From a virus (taxonomy: Duplodnaviria > Caudoviricetes): a stretch of DNA of 61,446 nucleotides. Location: IMG/VR virus record IMGVR_UViG_3300021347_000002, positions 1 to 61,446 of that record. One strand, given 5' to 3'. The translations under genes and the position numbers were made by a program. Below the pieces are notes generated by a model. That model was not told where the DNA came from. It did no database searches and was given only the letters and a program-made list of their open reading frames with translations. Position 1 is the stretch's first letter; each line of letters opens with the position of its first letter. Below, in pieces: positions 53,811-61,446 of the stretch.

Positions 53811-54098
53811 GTGAAAAAATTAAAGTCAGTCATGATCGCTGGTCAGCGGATCAAGATTCATAGGACTGAGTTAGATGATTGCTACGGACAATACTTACAC
53901 GAAAAACGAATAATCCAGTTACATAAGAAACTACCAGAAAATCAAATCATACCAACCTTACGTCATGAAATGTTACACGCCGCCTTCCATATCTCTGGCA
54001 TCTCGTTCTGCGAGAGCTTTCAGGAAGAAGCCTGTATCCGCTGCATCGACGAAGTTTTCTTTCCGGCTTACGAACGAATCCTTAAACGCTTAAAATAA
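53811..54098 (+). CDS. Small zincin-like metallopeptidase
   Basis: YGQY....II, TLRHEMLHA, EE. Confidence 0.7.
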   Translation: MKKLKSVMIAGQRIKIHRTELDDCYGQYLHEKRIIQLHKKLPENQIIPTLRHEMLHAAFHISGISFCESFQEEACIRCIDEVFFPAYERILKRLK

Positions 54099-54313
54099 TG
54101 AGTAAAAGAAAAGCCCTCAAGAAAGTCAAACGTAAGAAGTCTAAGTCTCGCGTCAACGAGGCGGGCAACTACACTAAGCCCGCAATGCGTAAGCGTTTAT
54201 TTAACTCAATCAAAGCCGGAACAAAAGGCGGTAAAGCTGGCCAGTGGTCAGCCCGCAAAGCGCAGCTACTAGCAGCACGATACAAAAAAGCAGGAGGAGG
54301 CTACAGAGACTAA
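54098..54313 (+). CDS. Small basic protein, DUF5872-like N-terminal half
   Basis: YTKP.MRKR...GTKGGKAGQWSARKAQLLA..YKKAGGGY. Confidence 0.65.
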   Translation: MSKRKALKKVKRKKSKSRVNEAGNYTKPAMRKRLFNSIKAGTKGGKAGQWSARKAQLLAARYKKAGGGYRD

Positions 54314-54501
54314 TGAAAAAATTCAAACCACACATGATGTATGATAAGTCCGGTAAGGGCTATAAAGCGAACACCTACGAACAACACTTAGCTATGAAGA
54401 AAAAAGGATACGGACACGCAAAGCCAGCAAGTAAATCATCGACTAAGTCTTCTACTAAGAAGAAGGCTAAAAAGATCATCCGCAAACGCTCCGGTTACTA
54501 A
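54313..54501 (+). CDS. Small basic protein
   Basis: MKKFKPHMMYDKSGKGYKANTYEQHLAMKKKGY; TAATG-coupled on both sides. Confidence 0.65.
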   Translation: MKKFKPHMMYDKSGKGYKANTYEQHLAMKKKGYGHAKPASKSSTKSSTKKKAKKIIRKRSGY

Positions 54502-54794
54502 TGCCTAAGAAAGCTTCACAGAGGTCTCTCGATAATTGGACACGAGAGAAATGGGGAACCAAATCCGGTAAGCCGTCTTTGAAGACAGGTGAGCGGTATT
54601 TGCCAAAGGCTGCGCGGGAAGCTTTGACTGACGAAGAGTATGCTCGCACTAGCCGCAAGAAGCGGAAAGGGATGAAGGCGGGTAAGCAGCACGTCAAGCA
54701 GCCAAAGAAGATCGCGGAGAAGACCGCAAGATATAGGAGTAAGAAAAGGCTTCTAAAGAAGGCACGAAAAAAAGCGCGCAAGCGCAAATCATGA
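54501..54794 (+). CDS. Small basic protein, DUF5872-like C-terminal half
   Basis: QRSLDNWTREKWGTKSG...RYLPKAA..AL...EY..T..KK..G...GKQ.V. Confidence 0.65.
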   Translation: MPKKASQRSLDNWTREKWGTKSGKPSLKTGERYLPKAAREALTDEEYARTSRKKRKGMKAGKQHVKQPKKIAEKTARYRSKKRLLKKARKKARKRKS

Positions 54795-55309
54795 GTCGTT
54801 TCATAATCTACAAACCAACGCCTGACGATGTTGCCGAAGCCTTCAAAAGATCTGAAGCTCTAGGTAGTCTCAGAACTTCTTTTACCAACGGTAAGGGTAA
54901 CATGACGGGCTTTCTTGGTGAGGTAGCATTTGAGAATACTTTCAAGCAGTTCGATTACGTAGGCGATAATTCATTCACCCACGACTACGAATACAAAGGT
55001 CTGACGGTTGACGTTAAGGCTAAGAAATGCACATCGAGGCCGATGCTTAACTACAACGCCTCAGTTGTGAAGACGAAGTTCAGTAAGTTTGAAGCTGACG
55101 TATACTTCTTCATGCGGGTCCACGAGAACCTTCGTAAGGTGTGGCTCTGTGGATGGTCGCCTAAGAAGTCGATTATCCACAAAAAACGGTTTAGTAAGAA
55201 GGGCGAGAGGGACGCAGACGGGTTTCGGTTCAAGGCTGATGGCTACAACATCGAAATAAAGAGGACTCGTCGGCCTGATTCTTTTGAGTCACTCATCATC
55301 CGGCGGTAG
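54791..55309 (+). CDS. PD-(D/E)XK-like nuclease-fold hypothetical protein
   Basis: GFLGEVAF...HDYEYKGLTVDVKAK...DVYFF...WLCGW. Confidence 0.55.
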   Translation: MSRFIIYKPTPDDVAEAFKRSEALGSLRTSFTNGKGNMTGFLGEVAFENTFKQFDYVGDNSFTHDYEYKGLTVDVKAKKCTSRPMLNYNASVVKTKFSKFEADVYFFMRVHENLRKVWLCGWSPKKSIIHKKRFSKKGERDADGFRFKADGYNIEIKRTRRPDSFESLIIRR

Positions 55310-55516
55310 CTCTTTGTGGTGGATATGGCCCGTCCTTTTAAAGACGGGCCTTATTCCGTTCGGTGCTACGAGGTCTACGAACTCACTTAGCGGAGCGTCT
55401 ACATAAGCGTCTATGATGGACGGATCTCCTCCGAGTTTCTCCATAGCTTCACGTAGATCCATCCAAAACTCACCGCAGAGTTCCTGTCGGCGTATCTGAA
55501 GATCTTCGTTTGTCAT
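55289..55516 (-). CDS. Hypothetical protein
   Basis: 75 aa, last gene of the replication block. Confidence 0.55.
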   Translation of the reverse strand: MTNEDLQIRRQELCGEFWMDLREAMEKLGGDPSIIDAYVDAPLSEFVDLVAPNGIRPVFKRTGHIHHKELPPDDE

Positions 55517-57665
55517 CCGCTTGATAACCTATATCGTATTTCTCACTCAGGTCAATGCTCCATAATTTACCGCCGCCTTGTCCTTCGGACGTGATCGGGC
55601 GGATCTTTCTGTTAACACGACTTGCTTCTTCTAGAGTTATCATGCCTCTTCGGCAGAACTCCAGATTACGTGAAGACCCAACATCACGACCGTTATTCAG
55701 ATCGTGGATCATTACCTGAAACTCAGTGAGAGTCCCGCTCCACCGATCCAAGTCAGGATAAACTTCACGGCAACGCTTGGCGAAGAACTCGACTAACTCT
55801 GCAATCGAGCTACGACTACTATTGTCGTAAGCGGCGTCTGCGATGGTGGGGTCGATGTATGACTTAACACCGAACCGACCAACATCCTCAACTGATTGGG
55901 GAACTTTCCAGTCGAGCAGGAACTTACCAAAGTGCGGTAGCTCTTGTTCGATGGTAGCCTCTAACTGGGCGTTAGGTGGGAACGATGTTGTAGATGATTC
56001 AGCAATCAACAAGGCCATGAGCTTATCGCGATTACTGGTATCCAGAGAAGGGATCACTGACAGCGAGTTGGCGTCCATGTTCAGTGACAAGATAACTCGT
56101 CCTGTCCAAGGAATCGACATAGCGTCTGCATACTTGGCCATATACTCGACTCTGGGATTGGCTACCGCACGTTTGAGTAGTTCAGTTGCGCGCCTCTGGT
56201 CTTGAAAGCTTGCTGCTGAGGTTGTATCGTCAATGACCCAAGACGCTACCTTACCTAAGTCTTTGTTGAACTTCGTCTGACCAGACAGATAGTCAGACGC
56301 ATCAGAGAAACCCCCCACGAGTCCGCTGATAATTTTGTTCGACAGTAGCGACTTGCCGCGACCTGTCGGCCCGACCAGCAGCAAAGCTTGTCCCTGTAAA
56401 GGAACCCTATCCAAAACCGCAGTGTAGAAACGCTGCATCCAAGAGTAAAAGTAATCTAAAGCTGAGTTCTTAGAGCTATTCACAAATAGCTGATTCAACC
56501 ATTGATGAAGGAACGGCCACTTCGATGGGTCGCCGTCGGAGTCAGGGTCAACTGGAACTAGATTAGAGCAGTTGAGAATCCGGCTAGCGTTATATGATAC
56601 AATGCGTTCGTTTGAGAACACAACAGGAGCGATCTCATCAATCCGGTTGTTATTACTGACGGTCAGGAGAGCTTCTTCTACTTCACTGATTGCTCTCCCT
56701 CTTCTTACTCTGACAGAGAAACCCGCCTGACGTAGTTCAAGAAGAAGTTGTTCCTTCGGTATTGAAACAGCGTTACCATACAGAAGCTTGAAGAAGGTCT
56801 TACCATTGAACCAATATTCGTCGAGTAGGTTAGCTAGCTTCTTGGTCTCGTAGTCTTTTACGAAAGAACTACCAAAGATCTCTGACCAGCTCATGAATCC
56901 TTTACCCGCTCTGTCTGAATAACAGACGATGCCGTCTTCAACAACCTGACAGCCATCTCGGTCAATGCCGTCGTCTATCCAGAATAATGGACCTCTGGAC
57001 CCTGCTTCAAATTCACCGAACCAGCGATTAGGGAATCGGGATTCAACTTCTGCTGCGACTACGTCTAACGGGATCGATGTGTCAGAAGACTCTGGAGGCT
57101 TCGACGAAACTGCTTTCGATAAGCAAGCATGTATAATGTCTGAATTAACCTGTCCTCCTGTTTTAATCCAGTCCTCACCTATTTCAAAATATTGATTGGG
57201 CCTCAGCGAGGTCTTGTCAAAGCCAGCAAACAACTTATCCATCTTTATGGCTTTGTTGATGTAGTTCATGAACGACTCATACATTGATGGGTCGATAGGG
57301 ATAGGTGCGTCGAACTCCCATACCAATCGTAGGTAACCGCTCTGAGTTCGGCTGGACCATGTAGGTAGTGGGCTTGATAAACAAACTTTCTCTAGCTTAC
57401 TTTCAAAGCTAACCCAATCAATTGGGGAGTCGTAGTCAGCTACTACTCCGTGAATTTTATGGACGGGATTATCATTACTGATTCTCTTGGAAGGGGCGCG
57501 CCCTTCAACACACGCATAGAAGACGTGGTCGGTGGTATTATTGCTACACCATTCTCGATAGTCCGCCTTATTCTTAAATGGGGGTTTAGATAGCTTTAGG
57601 TTATGAAGTTTACTCGTCTTCTCTGCTTTGCTGCTGCGTAGGTTACGTAAATATCTGTAGGTCAT
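55470..57665 (-). CDS. Primase-helicase (N-terminal primase-like domain plus P-loop NTPase)
   Basis: VVADYD and RTQSGYLRLVW N-terminal motifs; LLLVGPTGRGKS, KFNKDL, VIDD. Confidence 0.8.
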   Translation of the reverse strand: MTYRYLRNLRSSKAEKTSKLHNLKLSKPPFKNKADYREWCSNNTTDHVFYACVEGRAPSKRISNDNPVHKIHGVVADYDSPIDWVSFESKLEKVCLSSPLPTWSSRTQSGYLRLVWEFDAPIPIDPSMYESFMNYINKAIKMDKLFAGFDKTSLRPNQYFEIGEDWIKTGGQVNSDIIHACLSKAVSSKPPESSDTSIPLDVVAAEVESRFPNRWFGEFEAGSRGPLFWIDDGIDRDGCQVVEDGIVCYSDRAGKGFMSWSEIFGSSFVKDYETKKLANLLDEYWFNGKTFFKLLYGNAVSIPKEQLLLELRQAGFSVRVRRGRAISEVEEALLTVSNNNRIDEIAPVVFSNERIVSYNASRILNCSNLVPVDPDSDGDPSKWPFLHQWLNQLFVNSSKNSALDYFYSWMQRFYTAVLDRVPLQGQALLLVGPTGRGKSLLSNKIISGLVGGFSDASDYLSGQTKFNKDLGKVASWVIDDTTSAASFQDQRRATELLKRAVANPRVEYMAKYADAMSIPWTGRVILSLNMDANSLSVIPSLDTSNRDKLMALLIAESSTTSFPPNAQLEATIEQELPHFGKFLLDWKVPQSVEDVGRFGVKSYIDPTIADAAYDNSSRSSIAELVEFFAKRCREVYPDLDRWSGTLTEFQVMIHDLNNGRDVGSSRNLEFCRRGMITLEEASRVNRKIRPITSEGQGGGKLWSIDLSEKYDIGYQADDKRRSSDTPTGTLR

Positions 57666-59422
57666 TATTTTTGGTATTGGGTTAGAATTTCTCCCTCTGC
57701 ATCCAGAGGAATATCGCTAATCCACTCAGGAGGAGTGGACATAATTTGGGTAATTTTTTGTAGGGTCTCTTCGGCTTTATCTTCATCACACTCGCAGATT
57801 ACTTCATCATGAACGTGAAAGATAATATCTATGCCTGCCTTGTCGATCTCTAACATCATAAAACTGAAAATATCTCTGGCCAAAGCCTGAGATAGATTCT
57901 CAGCGAGGACTCCACCCCATAGTTTCATGATGCGTTTCTGGCCATTCCGGTTGATGCTGGAGACGAACTGGACTCGTCCTTGAGCCAGAGTCTTTCGAAG
58001 ATTCCCGTAATTTAGAGATCTGCCTGACGGGAGGGTCAGAGACAGGCGACCAGCATTATACGCTTTATCGACTTCTTTGTCCAGTTTCTTCCAGTAGCGG
58101 GGAACCTTCGCGAGCTTCCTCCGGTAGAGGTCAACAGCGTCTTGGGCTTCTTGCTGGGGCATATCATACATCTCAGCAAACCGTTTAGCACCTGCCCCGT
58201 AGCCGCAGCCTAATACGAGAGCCTTAACTTTGTGCCTCAGCTTTGCGTCTTCTTTCTTCAGGACTCCTTTATCTCCAGACCACAAGCCGAACTGGATTGC
58301 GAACGCTTCGTAGATGTCGTCCGATTTCTCGATTGCGTCCATCGTCTCTCGGTCGCCGGACAGCCAGCATAGAGTGCGGACTTCGATTTGTGAGAGATCA
58401 ACAACGACTAGCTTCTTACCTTCAGGAGCAGTAATCAAGTTACGCATGTTGACTCCGAACATCTCATCTCTCGGCAAATTCTGGAGATTGAGGTTACCGC
58501 CACTACCACTGAAGCGACCAGTGTGACCGCCAAAATACATGATGCCGCCATAGTATCGGTTGTCTGGCATGGTAGCATGATCGAAGCTATCTAGCTTTTT
58601 CTTGATCGTGTTTATGCGACGCCAGTTCGTTACAGCTTCGATCCATTTGTATTTGTGGCCGTGTGCCAGTATCCACCTCTGGGCATCGACATCAGTCTTA
58701 GCTAGAGAGGCGGGCGGTTCGATGCCTAGCTTGATGCAATGTTCGTCGAATGCTTTACGGCTAAGTAAGGGCTTTTCATCAGCCCAAGGAATAGACTTCT
58801 CAGTTTCAAAGATGAGTTCATTGATTGTCTCTTTCGCTTTACGGAGAGCGTCGATGTCAATAGGGATTCCTCTCTGAACGATTCGTCGGTTTGCGACGCT
58901 GATGTCTCGTTCAAACTGAGACCACTTAGACTCGTAAGCCTTCCATAGACGGAGGCAGAGAACGGAGTCCTTGATAGCATATTCCTCTACTTCCTTCTGG
59001 AACTCCTTAGTCATGCCCGTCCACGTCTTACCTGACATGTTATCACGGGTAGATTTGGAGATCTCTAAGTCGAAAGCTTCAGCAGTTGAGTTCTTCAATG
59101 ACCTTGGCAGACCTACAGCAGCAGCCATGTCTGCGGTGCAGTGCCATTCTGCGGGTTCTACTTTAGGCCACCAACCATAGTTGATGCCGTAGAGGTAAAG
59201 TGTTTCATCAAATGATGCGTTATGGGACAGGACAATATTGCCGTTAAGCAGGTTCCAGTCAAAATCTTCAGGGTGACCCACCCATTCATATCCATCGTCA
59301 CCAACGACGCTCACCATATAGGCGTCGAAGTCGTAATGGGAAAAGTATCCTAACGGGCCGAGCTTGCGGATAGAGCAATGCTTGTCGTAGTAGGTTTCAA
59401 AATCTAATGCGTATGTAATCAT
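57665..59422 (-). CDS. polA: DNA polymerase, family A
   Basis: Exonuclease motifs DFET and HNASFD; HTGRFSG, NLQNLP, DLSQIE (motif A), KALVLGCGYG (motif B), HVHDE (motif C). Confidence 0.93.
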   Translation of the reverse strand: MITYALDFETYYDKHCSIRKLGPLGYFSHYDFDAYMVSVVGDDGYEWVGHPEDFDWNLLNGNIVLSHNASFDETLYLYGINYGWWPKVEPAEWHCTADMAAAVGLPRSLKNSTAEAFDLEISKSTRDNMSGKTWTGMTKEFQKEVEEYAIKDSVLCLRLWKAYESKWSQFERDISVANRRIVQRGIPIDIDALRKAKETINELIFETEKSIPWADEKPLLSRKAFDEHCIKLGIEPPASLAKTDVDAQRWILAHGHKYKWIEAVTNWRRINTIKKKLDSFDHATMPDNRYYGGIMYFGGHTGRFSGSGGNLNLQNLPRDEMFGVNMRNLITAPEGKKLVVVDLSQIEVRTLCWLSGDRETMDAIEKSDDIYEAFAIQFGLWSGDKGVLKKEDAKLRHKVKALVLGCGYGAGAKRFAEMYDMPQQEAQDAVDLYRRKLAKVPRYWKKLDKEVDKAYNAGRLSLTLPSGRSLNYGNLRKTLAQGRVQFVSSINRNGQKRIMKLWGGVLAENLSQALARDIFSFMMLEIDKAGIDIIFHVHDEVICECDEDKAEETLQKITQIMSTPPEWISDIPLDAEGEILTQYQK

Positions 59423-59440
59423 ATAAGTTTATTTGTGAGC

Positions 59441-59490
59441 AGAAAAAGCCCACCGCAAAGAAAAATGATTGGGAACTCTGCGGCGGGCTT
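59441..59490 (-). terminator. Terminator-like hairpin upstream of the polymerase gene
   Basis: Minus strand AAGCCCGCCGCAGAG...CTTTGCGGTGGGCTT followed by TTT. Confidence 0.6.
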
Positions 59491-59507
59491 GCTTCTAACT
59501 ACTATTA

Positions 59508-59699
59508 TTACGAGTCCAAATCTAACTCGGTCTGCTCACCAGTAACATGCTGGAGTGCTTCCCGAACTACCCTCAACTTTCTCAAGTTGGCTCCGACTTG
59601 GGAGAGCTGATCCTCGACTTCAGCGATCATGCCGTCGAGCATCTTGATCTCTTCGAGAAGGAGATCACGGGTTTTTTGTTCTTTCTCTTCGTCAGTCAT
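59508..59699 (-). CDS. Small coiled-coil protein
   Basis: 63 aa with a heptad pattern. Confidence 0.7.
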   Translation of the reverse strand: MTDEEKEQKTRDLLLEEIKMLDGMIAEVEDQLSQVGANLRKLRVVREALQHVTGEQTELDLDS

Positions 59700-59701
59700 A
59701 A

Positions 59702-60358
59702 CTACGCTCCAAGAAAGTTTTTAACAAAGGCGGTAACATCTTCATCAGCTTCTTCCTTAGTCACGGTAAGTGACGGATTAAACCAAGTGTATTTACCCTT
59801 ACTAAGTTCTTCAGACACGAAGTTCCATACTTTGCTATGAATAGGGATTCCAGACTGAAGAGCGGCAAATGTCGCAAGACGCTTGTAGGTTGAACGGTAT
59901 GCGTTCTTACCTACATTAATCTTACCCAACGCATAGTTGTGGTCGCCGATAGGTAACTGAAACGCCTCGTCGTTTTCACTACCTTCAGGCTGACGCATGA
60001 GGAGAGTGATCTCGGCGAACTCGGTCATATCCCACTCTGACTCTGCTGCAATAGCGTCAGACTCAGATTTAGACCAAGCGATACGGGGGATGTCCTCCTC
60101 ATCAAAGGGGATATTCTCCCGCCAGCCTTTTACAGCGGCGACAGTGATCGTCTTAACCGGAGTGTCCGGTGGAGCGATCTCGTAAGTCTTGTCGAAAAGA
60201 ATCGACCCAACTGGGGCGTCGGATTGAGACATCTTCTGGCAGACATTAATACGTGGAATCTCGATGTCCTCTACGTCGATTTCGATTCCGCTTACGTTGG
60301 TGGAAAGACCAGTATTGGTCTCGGCAGCAACGACTTCTTGGGTTTTGGTTTTAGCCAT
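59702..60358 (-). CDS. Putative SSB / replication protein (allele B)
   Basis: 218 aa, near-identical to 119-775. Confidence 0.55.
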   Translation of the reverse strand: MAKTKTQEVVAAETNTGLSTNVSGIEIDVEDIEIPRINVCQKMSQSDAPVGSILFDKTYEIAPPDTPVKTITVAAVKGWRENIPFDEEDIPRIAWSKSESDAIAAESEWDMTEFAEITLLMRQPEGSENDEAFQLPIGDHNYALGKINVGKNAYRSTYKRLATFAALQSGIPIHSKVWNFVSEELSKGKYTWFNPSLTVTKEEADEDVTAFVKNFLGA

Positions 60359-60382
60359 AATATCAATTATTGTTGGTTTGGT

Positions 60383-61446
60383 TTATTGAGTCGCGACACA
60401 GTGCCGCTCGTCGGATGTTTCTACGATTCCTGCATCTTCGCATTCGTCGAGGAAAGTTTGTTTGCTATCGGCTCCCGCTTTCTTGGCAACCTTGGCGAGC
60501 GGGATATTAACTTGATCGAGTAACGTGTCCAGATCTATTCCATGTTTTTCTGCAATTTTTACAAAAGTAGCATTGTCAGAGATCTTTCGAGTTCGTCCCA
60601 TCGAGCGAAGTTTAAGACCATCAAGCTGATCGCCGTCTTTAAGGGCATCGAGTGTTTTGCGTTTAATAGACATAGACCAGTTCTCAACAATCTTCGCGAT
60701 GTTAAATAACTCAGAGAGTCTAGCTGGATTGTCTACGTCAGTAGGATCGATGTCCGGTAACGTGGTATCTAGTTTCTTAGCTACGCTAATAACGAGTCCA
60801 CCTAATGCAGGACAGGTATCTTCATGCTTACAGAACCTACAGTACTGCGTTGGAGTGCATTCCTCTAACTCTGGTGTGCCAGACTCCCACTTCGGTCGGA
60901 TCTTTTCGCCTGCTGTAATAACACGGCTAAGGTCTTCGACCAGAGTAGGGAGATCGTCTCGCGTAAACGTGTGGTGAAGAGTCGCGCTATGTTGCGGCAC
61001 GTAGAACGCGAAGACGATCTCCTGAATCTCAGGATACTTCTGGAAGGCTCCGCATGTGTATGCTTTCGCCTGCCAGTTCTTATCTGGCGGATCAATGATA
61101 CTGATTCCGGTTTTGTAATCTGCCATGACGGCGCGGTCACCTCCTTTAAGGATCAGAAAGCGATCACAAGTTCCCCATGTCTCAGTGCCGTCTAGGGCAA
61201 CTTCGACTTGGATCTCGTTTAGCTCCTCAGCGATGTCGCCGAAGTTAGTCATGAAGTCCTGCTCCATCTCTACGATCTGCTCATAGATAGCTAGCTCCTC
61301 TTCATTATGGAGAGCAGAAGGATCAAAGACTTCGAGAGCCTCGTGAATTCTGGTCCCCATCTCGGCAGCAGCCGAAGTGCCGTCGCGGCCCTGATACGCA
61401 GCACAAGCGGCTACATACTTCAGGCTAGATGGCGAGAACTCCGCGT
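60383..61446 (-). CDS. DUF2800-like exonuclease (allele B, 5'-truncated by the window end)
   Basis: Same motifs as 798-1895; the frame continues to the edge (AEFSPSSLKY). Confidence 0.8.
   Translation of the reverse strand, partial: AEFSPSSLKYVAACAAYQGRDGTSAAAEMGTRIHEALEVFDPSALHNEEELAIYEQIVEMEQDFMTNFGDIAEELNEIQVEVALDGTETWGTCDRFLILKGGDRAVMADYKTGISIIDPPDKNWQAKAYTCGAFQKYPEIQEIVFAFYVPQHSATLHHTFTRDDLPTLVEDLSRVITAGEKIRPKWESGTPELEECTPTQYCRFCKHEDTCPALGGLVISVAKKLDTTLPDIDPTDVDNPARLSELFNIAKIVENWSMSIKRKTLDALKDGDQLDGLKLRSMGRTRKISDNATFVKIAEKHGIDLDTLLDQVNIPLAKVAKKAGADSKQTFLDECEDAGIVETSDERHCVATQ

Larger units (their letters stand above)
59584..61446. repeat. Terminal duplication, copy B
   Basis: Colinear with 1-1861; first 127 bp identical, then diverged. 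Confidence 0.95.

Noticed and set aside
55173-55181. Perfect DnaA box TTATCCACA
   Set aside because: A single 9-mer inside a CDS is compatible with chance in 60 kb; no cluster seen.
59584-61446. Genuine direct terminal repeat
   Set aside because: Copies are diverged and cut through genes; the 127-bp exact match suggests an assembly overlap.
1-61446. tRNA genes, integrase, alternative genetic code
   Set aside because: No cloverleaf or integrase motif recognised by eye; long ORFs are intact in the standard code and all three stop codons are used.

Overview
The window is essentially one complete dsDNA tailed-phage genome (podovirus-like, unit length about 59,583 bp). Positions 1-1861 recur as a diverged second allele at 59584-61446, most likely an assembly bubble. 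There are four strand blocks. (1) A minus-strand replication block that wraps the ends: DUF2800-like nuclease, putative SSB, family A DNA polymerase, primase-helicase, SF2 helicase, RuvC-like resolvase, DUF1599-like and HTH proteins. (2) A plus-strand block with TerL and three probable internal virion proteins, including a 3569-aa polyvalent protein. (3) A minus-strand block of small early/accessory genes (DnaA-C-like, HNH, DUF932, Gp88-like, ASCH). (4) A plus-strand block with portal, scaffold, capsid, tail/fibre genes, two glycosyltransferases, lysis genes and small basic proteins. I recognised no integrase, RNA polymerase, tRNA or CRISPR array. A PVC-superphylum (Verrucomicrobia-like) host is a weak inference. 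The most unusual unexplained signals are non-coding: three copies of a ~77-bp palindromic element with lox/FRT-like 13-8-13 geometry, each starting at a gene's stop codon; seven ACTAGT-N4-ACTAGT palindromes in the early region; a tandem structured RNA motif in the capsid-gene leader; and several apparently leaderless sigma70-type promoters. All family assignments come from motifs recognised by eye, not from database searches.
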